DNA of 64,000 bases from Christensenellaceae bacterium (lineage in GTDB: Bacteria > Bacillota > Clostridia > Christensenellales > CAG-138): contig OY764017.1 in the NCBI GenBank assembly GCA_963667795.1, positions 2,356,079 through 2,420,078 of the forward strand, read 5' to 3'. This document shows positions 18,582 through 27,717 of this stretch, in pieces (the stretch's first letter is position 1; each line of letters starts with the position of its first letter). The notes below the pieces were generated by a model. It was not told the origin of the DNA, did no database searches, and was given only the letters and a program-made list of their open reading frames with translations. The translations under genes and the position numbers were made by a program.

Positions 18582-19289
18582 TTATTCTCCCATCAATCGT
18601 TTGATGATCTCGCGGTATGCTTCTTCCACATCGCCAAGGTCGCGACGGAAGCGGTCTTTGTCCAGCTTCTTACCGGTGCTCTTGTCCCAGAAGCGACAGG
18701 TGTCCGGCGAGATTTCGTCGGCAAGAACGACTTTTCCGTCGCAGCGGCCGAATTCAAGTTTGAAATCGATCAGCTCGATTCCGAGTGTATCCAGATATTC
18801 GCGCAGAATATCGTTGATGGCGAAGGAATATTCCTTTACCTTTTCCATTTCTGCGTCCGTTGCAAGGCTCAGCGCGCGGATGTAGTAGGAATTGATGAAC
18901 GGATCGCCGAGTTCGTCGTTTTTGTAGCTATACTCAAGGATAGGGCAGGCCAGCGCGCTGCCCTCCGCAATGCCCATACGCTTGGAAAAACTACCCGCGG
19001 CACGATTGCGAACGATGACCTCGACAGGCAGTATTTCAACGCGTCTGACTGCGGTTTCACGATCGGAAAGCTGCTCGATGTAGTGGGTCGGAATGCCTTT
19101 GCCTTCCAGCAAGCGGAAAAAGTGATTTGACACCTTGTTGTTGACCACGCCTTTTCCGGTGATCGTTCCTTTTTTCAGTCCGTTGAACGCCGTCGCGTCG
19201 TCTTTGTAATCGACGATGACGATCTTGGGATCGTCGGTTGTAAAAACCTTTTTGGCTTTGCCTTCATAAATCTGTTCCAGTTTTTTCAT
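18582..19289 (-). CDS. purC: SAICAR synthase
   Basis: '[11 protein letters not shown]', 'GKG..NN..S..F' and '[14 protein letters not shown]' are present. 235 aa. Confidence 0.9.
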   Translation of the reverse strand: MKKLEQIYEGKAKKVFTTDDPKIVIVDYKDDATAFNGLKKGTITGKGVVNNKVSNHFFRLLEGKGIPTHYIEQLSDRETAVRRVEILPVEVIVRNRAAGSFSKRMGIAEGSALACPILEYSYKNDELGDPFINSYYIRALSLATDAEMEKVKEYSFAINDILREYLDTLGIELIDFKLEFGRCDGKVVLADEISPDTCRFWDKSTGKKLDKDRFRRDLGDVEEAYREIIKRLMGE

Positions 19290-19783
19290 ATAGTTTCAAT
19301 CTCCTTTTGCAGCGATTCATTCGCTTCAATGGTTTTTTTTGCAAGGGTTTGTGCGTGCAGGTCGAGCTGCTTTGCCAAATCTTTGTCCTCCAGCGCAAGG
19401 ATGCGAACAGCGAGTAACGCCGCATTGGCCGCGCCGTCGATGGCGACCGTTGCAACGGGAACACCTCTCGGCATCTGCACGGTGGAAAGCAGTGCGTCGA
19501 GTCCGCCCAGATCGTGCGAACTTGCAGGGACACCGATGACCGGCAGCCGCGTGTGCGAAGCCAGGACACCCGCCAAATGTGCGGCCTTTCCGGCAATCGC
19601 AATCAGAACGCCGTATCCTTCCGCCCCCACACAACGTACAAAATCCACTGTTTCGTTCGGCGTTCGATGGGCCGAAAGGACACGCGCCGAGGACGGAACA
19701 CCGAAATCGGACAGCGTTTGAAGCGCATCCTTTGCAAGCGGCAAATCCGAAGCGCTTCCCATGACGACGGCAACTTTTTTCAT
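19286..19783 (-). CDS. purE: 5-(carboxyamino)imidazole ribonucleotide mutase
   Basis: The start is at [14 protein letters not shown] (SD ggagg). 'SAHRTP' and '[13 protein letters not shown]' are present. 165 aa. Confidence 0.9.
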   Translation of the reverse strand: MKKVAVVMGSASDLPLAKDALQTLSDFGVPSSARVLSAHRTPNETVDFVRCVGAEGYGVLIAIAGKAAHLAGVLASHTRLPVIGVPASSHDLGGLDALLSTVQMPRGVPVATVAIDGAANAALLAVRILALEDKDLAKQLDLHAQTLAKKTIEANESLQKEIETI

Positions 19784-19831
19784 TTTAAATTTCCTCCATA
19801 CAATCAAAATAAGCCTGTCGTAACACAAGGC

Positions 19832-20557
19832 TTAAAATTTCATTCGTAACAGCGTATGCTTGATTACGCCGCCGATGTAGTACTGCGGCGAATACAAGAT
19901 CGGCATGCCTTCCTTGTCGTAATCCAGTTCGTCAAGATAGAGAAGCGGCGCACCCTCGTTCACGAGGAGTATCTTCGCAAGTTCGGCGCTTGCAATGGCG
20001 GGCTGCACTTCCGTAATGTCCATGTGCGGTTCAAGGTCGCAGTATTCTTTCAGGAACGAGAAGATCGGTTTTGCCAGAGCCTCCTCCGAAAATGCTTTCC
20101 GTTTTACAAGAGAGAGCGGAATGTAATCCTCGCAGAAAATGGCGGGATTACCGTCTGCCCCGATCAACCGAACGGCGCGCAGGACCGCGTCGCCTTCGGA
20201 TATTGCAAGACGCGCGGCAACGTTTTTCGCAGCCGGGAGCGTTTCGTGACTGGAAAGCAGTAGACTCGGCGTATAACCGGACTGGGCGATCATGTCCATA
20301 AACTCGATCTCCATGTCCATGCGCACTTTCACAGTTAGCACGTGCCGGTTGATCATTGTTCCGACACCCTGCCGCCTGCTGATGAATCCTTCCCGCTCAA
20401 GCTGCGCGAGGCTGTCACGCAGCTGAGTCCGGCTGATGTCCAACCGCTCGGCGAGGACATCCTCTCTTGGCAGCATGTTGGAATAGCGGTATACGCCGTC
20501 CTTCATTTCCTGGAGCAACCGAAGTCGCACGGATTGCATCTGCGTGGTTTTGTTCAT
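19832..20557 (-). CDS. GntR-family (HutC subfamily, UTRA effector domain) transcriptional regulator
   Basis: The start is at MNKTTQMQ (SD ggagg). The winged HTH is 'LPREDVLAERLDISRTQLRDSLAQLEREGFISRRQGVGTMI'. The C-terminal ~150 aa are UTRA-like. Confidence 0.8.
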   Translation of the reverse strand: MNKTTQMQSVRLRLLQEMKDGVYRYSNMLPREDVLAERLDISRTQLRDSLAQLEREGFISRRQGVGTMINRHVLTVKVRMDMEIEFMDMIAQSGYTPSLLLSSHETLPAAKNVAARLAISEGDAVLRAVRLIGADGNPAIFCEDYIPLSLVKRKAFSEEALAKPIFSFLKEYCDLEPHMDITEVQPAIASAELAKILLVNEGAPLLYLDELDYDKEGMPILYSPQYYIGGVIKHTLLRMKF

Positions 20558-20583
20558 AATGGGAGTGCCTCCGGTCTTTAAAT

Positions 20584-20603
20584 GTATTACCAATATGTAA
20601 TAC
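20584..20603. promoter_or_regulatory. Perfect inverted repeat GTATTAC-N6-GTAATAC, a candidate GntR/HutC operator
   Basis: Read directly from the sequence. It has the GT..AC architecture typical of GntR operators and lies between the predicted promoter and the SD of the GntR gene. Confidence 0.5.
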
Positions 20604-20616
20604 CAATTCGGGTTTG

Positions 20617-20645
20617 ACTTTAGCATATTTTATTCGGTTTGTAAA
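20617..20645 (-). promoter_or_regulatory. Sigma-70-like promoter for the GntR gene (TTTACA-17-TAAAGT with TGn)
   Basis: The minus strand reads tttacaaaccgaataaaatatgctaaagt. Confidence 0.45.
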
Positions 20646-21061
20646 GCAATCCATGGATGTATTTTTTAGTATTTTGCAAGGTGTGAAAAAGACTGTTTTT
20701 GCTCGGCGTGAATGGATTTGTGTTACCCGCTCAAAGGGTTTGCGGCTGCTGGCGAAAAAACAACAAAACGGGTAAATATACAGGCAGGGAGTTTTTCATC
20801 AATAACGAGTTTGAACAGACACCCCGGTGAACAACAAAAATCTACTGATTTGCTTGGAAAACGGGATGAATATTCTGTCGCTCAAAAGCTAATAATCGCG
20901 GCGATTGTCATAAAAGCATAAATATTTATTATTAATGCATAATTATAATTAGCTTTCCTCTTGCTTAAAGGTGTGTTATATTACTCGCTAAGAAAGAGTA
21001 GCAGCCGTGGAAAACGGACTGCGACAGATAGCGACGATGATATGCCGAGGGGGCGATAAGA

Positions 21062-22150
21062 GTGGAAAAACAGAGATATCTCACCCTGGAAGACGGACGG
21101 GTCTTCAAGGGAAAAGCATTTGGCGCCAACGGAAGGGTCGAGGGTGAAATTGTTTTCACAACGGCCATGACCGGGTATTTGGAGACGTTGACCGATCCAA
21201 GCTATTATGGGCAAATGGTTGTTCAAACGTTTCCTTTGATCGGAAATTACGGGGTTATTCCTTCCGATTTTGAGGGAAAAGCTCCTGCGTTAAAAGCGTA
21301 TATCGTTCGTGATTGGTGTCATGTGCCTTCAAACTTTCGCAGTGAAGAAGACCTTGACGCCTTTTTGTTATCAAGCGGCGTTGTGGGGCTTTGGAATATT
21401 GACACGCGTGCACTCGTTAAGATCATTCGCGAACACGGCGTGATGAATGCGGTGATCTCCGATAAGCCCGAAACGGACGTACAGTCGCTGAAAAGATTAA
21501 AATCCTATCGTATCGAAAACGCGGTGAATTTTGTCAGCTGCCCGTCGACCGAGACAATGCGCACCGGGGACGGCAAGCGTAACGTTGTTCTTTGGGATTT
21601 CGGCGCAAAGCGGAACATCCAAAACGAACTAATCAAGCGCGGATGCAATGTAACGAACGTTCCGGCAAACACTACGGCGGCGGCTATCCTCGCGTTGAAA
21701 CCGGACGGCGTAATGCTATCCAACGGACCGGGAGACCCCGCCGATAACACCGGCGTGATACGTGAACTGACAGAACTTTTCAACACGAAAACGCCGATTT
21801 TCGGCATATGCCTTGGTCATCAGCTGCTTGCGTTGGCACGCGGCGGACAGACGATGAAGTTGAAATACGGACATCGTGGCGCAAACCAACCCGTGCAGGA
21901 GACCACGACAAGCAAGGTTTATATAACAAGCCAAAATCACGGCTATGCCGTAACGACGGACGACGTGCTGCCGAAGAACGCAGCGGTCAGCTTTTTAAAT
22001 CTCAACGACGGTACCTGTGAAGGACTGGATTATCTTGACATGCCTGCATTTTCCGTACAGTTCCATCCGGAAGCCTGCGGAGGCCCGTTGGACACACGCT
22101 ATCTGTTCGACCGGTTTATCGAACTGATGGATACGCAAGCGAAAGCATAG
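21062..22150 (+). CDS. carA: Carbamoyl-phosphate synthase small (glutaminase) subunit
   Basis: GTG start. 'LEDGRVFKGKAFGA', 'FTTAMTGYLETLTDPSY', 'GICLGHQLL' and 'HG.N.PV' are present. 362 aa. Confidence 0.9.
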   Translation: MEKQRYLTLEDGRVFKGKAFGANGRVEGEIVFTTAMTGYLETLTDPSYYGQMVVQTFPLIGNYGVIPSDFEGKAPALKAYIVRDWCHVPSNFRSEEDLDAFLLSSGVVGLWNIDTRALVKIIREHGVMNAVISDKPETDVQSLKRLKSYRIENAVNFVSCPSTETMRTGDGKRNVVLWDFGAKRNIQNELIKRGCNVTNVPANTTAAAILALKPDGVMLSNGPGDPADNTGVIRELTELFNTKTPIFGICLGHQLLALARGGQTMKLKYGHRGANQPVQETTTSKVYITSQNHGYAVTTDDVLPKNAAVSFLNLNDGTCEGLDYLDMPAFSVQFHPEACGGPLDTRYLFDRFIELMDTQAKA

Positions 22151-22202
22151 CGGACAAACGACATATAAAGAGTTTTTGACGCATACGGAAGGAGAAAACA
22201 GT

Positions 22203-25200
22203 ATGCCCCTGAATAAAGATGTGAAGCGCGTTATGGTCATCGGTTCCGGCCCGATCGTCATCGGTCAGGCTGCGGAGTTTGACTATGCGGGAACGCAGGC
22301 CTGCCGCGCGCTGAAAGAAGAAGGACTGGAAGTGATCCTTGTCAACTCCAATCCGGCAACCATCATGACCGATCAGGCTATGGCGGATTGCATTTATATC
22401 GAGCCGCTGACGCTGACCACCGTAAAGCGCATCATAGAAAAAGAGAAGCCGGACAGCCTGCTTTCCACGCTTGGCGGACAGACGGGACTGACGCTTTCCA
22501 TGCAGCTTGCGGAGGAAGGTTTTCTTGAAAAACACGATGTGAAGCTGCTTGGCGCAAACCCGGAAACGATTGCGAAAGCTGAAGACCGACAACTGTTTAA
22601 GGACGCGATGCTTTCTATTGAAGAGCCGATCATTCCATCCAAGGTGGTGACGGATGCAATGGCCGCGCTGGAATACGCCGAAGAGATCACATATCCGGTG
22701 ATCGTACGTCCGGCGTTCACGCTTGGCGGTTCCGGCGGCGGAATCGCGCAGACGCGCGACGAGCTGAAGAAAATTGCGGAGAGCGGACTTCGCGCGTCGC
22801 CGATCACCCAGATTCTTGTTGAAAAATGCGTCTCCGGCTGGAAAGAGATCGAGTTTGAAGGCATGCGGGATAAAAACGGCAACGTCATCACGATCTGCAG
22901 TATGGAAAACTTTGATCCGGTCGGTGTGCACACGGGTGACAGCATTGTCATTGCACCTGCGGTCACGCTTGCCGACCGGGAATACCAGATGCTCCGCTCC
23001 GCCACGCGAAAAATCATCGATACGCTTGGCATTGAAGGCGGATGCAATTGCCAGTTTGCATTGAACCCGAACAGCTTTGAGTATGCGGTCATCGAAGTCA
23101 ACCCGCGCGTGTCGCGTTCTTCCGCACTGGCTTCCAAGGCGACGGGATACCCGATTGCGAAAGTCGCGGCAAAGATCGCGATCGGTTATACGCTGGACGA
23201 AATCAAAAACGCAGTGACGGGTAAAACCTCCGCGTGCTTTGAGCCTGCGCTCGACTATGTTGTGGTCAAGCTGCCGAAATGGCCGTTTGATAAGTTTATC
23301 CATGCCAAGCGGACGCTGGGTACGCAAATGAAAGCGACCGGCGAGGTCATGGCCATCGGTCCGACGTTTGAGCAGGCGATTATGAAAGCCGTACGCGGCG
23401 CGGAGATTTCGCTGGACAGCCTGAATCTGCCGAAGCTTGCCGAAAAATCGACGGACGAATTGAGGGCGTTGCTGCACACTTGCGACGACGAACGGCTGTT
23501 TGTGACATTTGCGGCGCTCAAGCGTGGCGTTTCAGCCGACGAAATCGGCTCGATTACGACGATTGACCGTTGGTTTTTGCATAAACTGCGCCACCTTGCG
23601 GAGTTTGAATTGGAACTCGAACAAGAAGGATTGTCGAATGAACGCTATTACGAAGGCAAAACGCTTGGATATCCCGACAACGTCCTTGCACGCATCTCCG
23701 GCGACCCGATCAAGCAACACCTGTCTGCGGGATACCGCATGGTGGATACCTGCGCCGCGGAATTTGAGGCGCAGACGCCGTATTTTTACGCGGATTACGG
23801 CTGCGAAAATGAAGCGGTTGAATTTAACGCCCGTCGGAATTCAGACAAGCGACGTGTGATTGTCTTCGGCTCCGGTCCGATCCGAATCGGTCAGGGAATT
23901 GAGTTCGATTACGCCTCGGTGCACTGCGTCTGGGCGCTCAAGCGTGCGGGGTTCGAGGTGATCATCGTCAACAACAACCCCGAAACCGTCTCTACGGATT
24001 TCGACACCGCCGATAGGCTGTATTTTGAGCCACTGACGGCGGAGGACGTGATGAACGTGATTGAGACGGAGCAACCGTATGGCGTGGTCGTCGCGTTCGG
24101 CGGGCAGACCGCCATCAAGCTCACGCGCCATCTCGTCGACAACGGAGTCCGTATTCTCGGCACATCCGCGGACAGCATCGACGCGGCAGAAGATCGCGAA
24201 CGTTTCGATGCGCTGCTGGAGCAACTTCATATCAAACGTCCGAGCGGGCTCACGGTCAAAACAGCGGAGCAGGCGCTTGTTGCTGCAAAGGAACTTGGTT
24301 ATCCGGTGCTCATCCGCCCGTCCTACGTGCTTGGCGGACAAAACATGATCATAGCCTTTAGCGACGAGGACGTTCGCGAATACATGGGCATCATCCTGCG
24401 GCAGGGCATCGACAACCCGATTTTGATCGACCAGTACCTGATGGGGACGGAGATCGAGGTCGACGCGATCTGCGACGGAGAGGATATCCTGATTCCCGGC
24501 ATCATGGAACATATCGAGCGCGCGGGCGTGCACTCGGGGGACTCCATCGCCGTCTATCCGGCGTGGAATCTCAACGGTCCGCTGATCGAGCGTATCATCG
24601 ACCACTCCAAACAGCTGGCGTTGGCGCTCCATACGCGTGGACTGATCAATATCCAATACGTGATTTATGAAAACGAGATTTTCGTCATCGAAGTTAACCC
24701 GCGCTCGTCCCGGACGGTCCCGTACATCAGCAAAGTGACGGGCGTGCCGATGGTCGATCTTGCGACGCGCGCGATGTTGGGTGAACGCCTGGGCGATATG
24801 GGATTCGGCACCGGACTGTACCGGACGCCGCCGTATGTTGCGGTTAAGGTGCCGGTCTTCTCGTTTGAAAAACTTGCGGACGTCGACACGTTGCTCGACC
24901 CGGAGATGAAGTCCACTGGTGAGGTGCTGGGCATCGGCAAAACGCGTGACGAAGCGCTCTACAAAGGGCTTGTCGCCGCCGGATACAAGATGAAAAGGCG
25001 CGGCGGTTTGCTCGTTACCGTGCGGGACAGCGACAAGAGCGAGATTACAGATGCGGTGCGAAAATTTGTCGACCAGGGATTCACCGTGTATGCAACAAAA
25101 GGTACGGCGCAGGCCATCCGCGACGCGGGCATGGCTGTAACGGAAGTAAAGAAACTGCATGAATCGTCCGACAACATTATTACGCTTATGGAAAGCGGTG

Positions 25201-26243
25201 AAGTGGACTACATCATCTCCACATCGTCGAAAGGTCGGATTCCGTCCAGGGACAGCGTCAAAATTCGCCGAAAAGCGATTGAGCGCGCAATCCCTTGCAT
25301 CACGTCCGTCGATACGGCAAATGCACTTGCAGACAGCCTTCGGAGTCGCTTTACCCAGCATAGTACCGAGCTTGTGGACATCAACCACATGCGTACGGAG
25401 AAGATGCGGCTGAATTTCACCAAAATGAACGGTACAAGCAACGACTACATCTATTTCAGCTGCTTCGACCAACAGATCGACGCGCCGGAGTCGCTGAGCG
25501 TGTATCTTTCCGATCCGCATAGCGGTGTTGGCGGCGACGGTGTGATCCTGATCTGTCCGTCGGACATTGCGGACGCGAAGATGCGCATTTTCAACCGTGA
25601 CGGAAGCGAAGGCAAGATGTGTGGAAACGGCATCCGCTGCGTTGGCAAATACTTGTATGACAACGGGTTTACGAACAAAACAGACCTGACGATTGAAACG
25701 CTGAGCGGAAACAAGCATTTGCGACTCTATGTGCGCGGCGGAAAGGTTAAGTCCGTTACCGTGGACATGGGCAAGGCGGAGCTTACGCCGGGAAATATCC
25801 CCGTACGGCTGGAAGGCGACCGCGTTGTCGGCAAAGCGATAGGGATTGAAGGGGAACTGTTCGAAATCACTTGTGTCTCTATGGGCAATCCGCACTGCGT
25901 CGTTTTTAAAGACAACCTCGATTTACTGGAGATCGGCAAGATAGGCCCTGCGTTTGAAAACGCGTCGCTCTTCCCAGAGCAGGTGAATACGGAGTTCGTC
26001 AAGGTGATCGACAGTCACACGCTCAAAATGCGCGTTTGGGAGCGTGGCAGCGGGGAGACGCTGGCCTGCGGTACCGGCGCGTGCGCGGCCGTGGTCGCCG
26101 CGGTGGAAAACGGATTCTGCGAAAAAGGCGAGGATATTACGGTTCGACTGCGCGGCGGAGACCTGCTGGTGCGTTATACCGACGAGACAGTGTTGATGAC
26201 GGGCGACGCAAGAAAGAACTTTGAGGGGATCGCAGAATTGTAA
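22203..26243 (+). CDS. carB: Carbamoyl-phosphate synthase large subunit fused in frame to diaminopimelate epimerase (CarB::DapF, 1346 aa)
   Basis: A full CarB of 1067 aa spans 22203-25403. It has two ATP-grasp halves ('VMVIGSGPIVIGQAAEFDYAG' and 'VIVFGSGPIRIGQGIEFDY') and an MGS-like tail. This is followed immediately by ATG at 25404 and a full-length DapF with no intervening stop codon. Confidence 0.85.
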   Translation: MPLNKDVKRVMVIGSGPIVIGQAAEFDYAGTQACRALKEEGLEVILVNSNPATIMTDQAMADCIYIEPLTLTTVKRIIEKEKPDSLLSTLGGQTGLTLSMQLAEEGFLEKHDVKLLGANPETIAKAEDRQLFKDAMLSIEEPIIPSKVVTDAMAALEYAEEITYPVIVRPAFTLGGSGGGIAQTRDELKKIAESGLRASPITQILVEKCVSGWKEIEFEGMRDKNGNVITICSMENFDPVGVHTGDSIVIAPAVTLADREYQMLRSATRKIIDTLGIEGGCNCQFALNPNSFEYAVIEVNPRVSRSSALASKATGYPIAKVAAKIAIGYTLDEIKNAVTGKTSACFEPALDYVVVKLPKWPFDKFIHAKRTLGTQMKATGEVMAIGPTFEQAIMKAVRGAEISLDSLNLPKLAEKSTDELRALLHTCDDERLFVTFAALKRGVSADEIGSITTIDRWFLHKLRHLAEFELELEQEGLSNERYYEGKTLGYPDNVLARISGDPIKQHLSAGYRMVDTCAAEFEAQTPYFYADYGCENEAVEFNARRNSDKRRVIVFGSGPIRIGQGIEFDYASVHCVWALKRAGFEVIIVNNNPETVSTDFDTADRLYFEPLTAEDVMNVIETEQPYGVVVAFGGQTAIKLTRHLVDNGVRILGTSADSIDAAEDRERFDALLEQLHIKRPSGLTVKTAEQALVAAKELGYPVLIRPSYVLGGQNMIIAFSDEDVREYMGIILRQGIDNPILIDQYLMGTEIEVDAICDGEDILIPGIMEHIERAGVHSGDSIAVYPAWNLNGPLIERIIDHSKQLALALHTRGLINIQYVIYENEIFVIEVNPRSSRTVPYISKVTGVPMVDLATRAMLGERLGDMGFGTGLYRTPPYVAVKVPVFSFEKLADVDTLLDPEMKSTGEVLGIGKTRDEALYKGLVAAGYKMKRRGGLLVTVRDSDKSEITDAVRKFVDQGFTVYATKGTAQAIRDAGMAVTEVKKLHESSDNIITLMESGEVDYIISTSSKGRIPSRDSVKIRRKAIERAIPCITSVDTANALADSLRSRFTQHSTELVDINHMRTEKMRLNFTKMNGTSNDYIYFSCFDQQIDAPESLSVYLSDPHSGVGGDGVILICPSDIADAKMRIFNRDGSEGKMCGNGIRCVGKYLYDNGFTNKTDLTIETLSGNKHLRLYVRGGKVKSVTVDMGKAELTPGNIPVRLEGDRVVGKAIGIEGELFEITCVSMGNPHCVVFKDNLDLLEIGKIGPAFENASLFPEQVNTEFVKVIDSHTLKMRVWERGSGETLACGTGACAAVVAAVENGFCEKGEDITVRLRGGDLLVRYTDETVLMTGDARKNFEGIAEL
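25404..26243 (+). other. dapF: DapF (diaminopimelate epimerase) module of the fusion ORF
   Basis: 'MRLNFTKMNGTSNDYIYF', 'MCGNGIRCVGKY', 'VSMGNPHCVVF', 'NTEFV' and 'RVWERGSGETLACGTGACA' include both catalytic Cys motifs. It encodes 279 aa, the length of a stand-alone DapF. Confidence 0.85.
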
Positions 26244-26270
26244 CTAGATGATTCTTGTTAAACCAAAGTG

Positions 26271-26305
26271 AAGCGGTTTGTCTTAATCGAGCGGACCGCT
26301 TTTTC
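26271..26305 (+). terminator. Putative rho-independent terminator
   Basis: aagcggt (26271-77) pairs with accgctt (26295-301) and is followed by tttt. The loop is large at 17 nt. Confidence 0.45.
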
Positions 26306-26503
26306 ATGCGCCAAGGGTGAAATCCTGCGTGCGAACACAGCCGAATCCATTGAGAAATGCGGGTTTTTGTAATACAATAATCCGTGCGGAATAGCGATCT
26401 GAATATTAGAGAACCAAATCCAATATAGAAACAACAACAATAAGAAAATAGCGCTTTACATGAAATGCATATAAAATTATGCGAACGATTGGGAGCAGAG
26501 TTG

Positions 26504-27499
26504 ATGAGAAAAATTCTACTGTTGACCACAGGCGGCACCATCGCTTCACGAAACGGCGAAAACGGACTTCAGCCGGTTATAAACGCAAGCGAACTATTGC
26601 GTGCGTTTGTTTACGATACGGCGCGCTTTAGCATCACCGCCGTCGGCGTGCTGGATATGGATTCCTCCAATATTCAACCCGAAGAATGGCAGATCATAGC
26701 GAAGAAGATTGAGCAGGAATATCAAAATTACGACGGATTTGTTATCACCCATGGAACCGACACGCTGGCGTATACGGCGTCCGCGCTGAGTTATATGCTG
26801 CGGGATTTGACAAAAAGTGTGGTGTTAACGGGCTCGCAGATCCCAATCGGTCAGGATGTCAGCGACGCACAAACGAACCTGACAACGGCGCTCTGGGCCG
26901 TTGAGGCAGATATCTGGGGCGTATCGGTCGCGTTTAACCGGCGTATCATTCGCGGAACGCGTGCCGTCAAGGTCAGCACCATGAGTTTCGACGCCTTTCA
27001 GAGTGTGAACGCGCCGTATTTGGCACAGATTACGGCGGAAGGAATACATGTTGTGGACGACGGGCATCAGTTTGCCCGTCTGGGCGAATCGTTCACCATT
27101 GCGCCGGATCTTTACAGCAAGGTGTTTTTATTGAAGGTCATACCGGGAACGCAGCCGGACCTGATTGAGAGCCTGCCCGCGTTGGGATACAAAAGCCTTG
27201 TGATCGAAGCCTTTGGCGCAGGCGGTATTCACTATCTGCACAGGAATCTTTTGCATTCGCTGGAACGGCTCATTGAAAATGGCATTTTAGTTGTCATTTG
27301 TAGCCAGTGTCTGTACGATTGCAGCGATTTGACGCTGTATGAAGTGGGACGGCAACTGCTCAATATCGACGTGGTGCCGGCGCTGGATATGACGACCGAA
27401 GCGATCGTTACAAAGCTGATGTGGATATGGGGTCAGACGGACGACTATCAGGAAGCAAAAACGCTGTTTTGCCGAAATTTGGCGGGGGAGATGTCGTAA
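26504..27499 (+). CDS. ansA: L-asparaginase, type I
   Basis: The start is at MRKILLLTTGGTIAS, which holds the catalytic Thr motif. 'ITHGTDTLAYTA' is present. SD gggag. 331 aa. Confidence 0.85.
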   Translation: MRKILLLTTGGTIASRNGENGLQPVINASELLRAFVYDTARFSITAVGVLDMDSSNIQPEEWQIIAKKIEQEYQNYDGFVITHGTDTLAYTASALSYMLRDLTKSVVLTGSQIPIGQDVSDAQTNLTTALWAVEADIWGVSVAFNRRIIRGTRAVKVSTMSFDAFQSVNAPYLAQITAEGIHVVDDGHQFARLGESFTIAPDLYSKVFLLKVIPGTQPDLIESLPALGYKSLVIEAFGAGGIHYLHRNLLHSLERLIENGILVVICSQCLYDCSDLTLYEVGRQLLNIDVVPALDMTTEAIVTKLMWIWGQTDDYQEAKTLFCRNLAGEMS

Positions 27500-27717
27500 A
27501 TACAAATGCGCGAAAGCAGTTGCCGGGCAACAGCATATATAATACAAATGACTATATATAAATATTGCAGGATGACAAGTATTTTTGTTATGTATTATAA
27601 TTATACGTAATTATACATTTTCTTGAATGCCGATAGGTAAAAACAGCATGTTGACGGCGGACTGGTATGACCGAGAATTCGGCAGGCCGGGCGACGCGAC
27701 CGAAGGAGGTTGAGTAC

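Noticed and set aside
19784-19831. A purine (xpt/G-box) riboswitch upstream of purE (also checked upstream of guaB at 8365-8510)
   Set aside because: The spacer is only 48 nt and lacks the conserved three-way-junction core. The guaB leader has a simple hairpin only.
20712-20921. A 69-aa ORF in the GntR-carA intergenic region, and a possible long-range helix (gttacccg...cgggtaa, ~20724-20783)
   Set aside because: The ORF has no SD and an unremarkable composition. The helix is supported by a single sequence only, and I could not match it to any RNA family. It is worth an Rfam scan but not reportable.
20915-20953. An AT-rich tract (aaatatttattattaatgcataattataattag) upstream of carA, considered as tandem ARG boxes (ArgR) or a PyrR site
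   Set aside because: It has only loose resemblance to the ARG-box consensus and no PyrR binding-loop motif. It cannot be distinguished from generic AT-rich promoter DNA without a matrix scan.
22116-25895. Two very long antisense ORFs (22116..23477, 453 aa; 23841..25895, 684 aa) opposite carB
   Set aside because: Their products are Arg/His/Asp-rich low-complexity sequences with no family motifs. They lie exactly opposite a strongly supported, motif-rich carB frame. This is the typical shadow-ORF pattern of GC-rich coding DNA.
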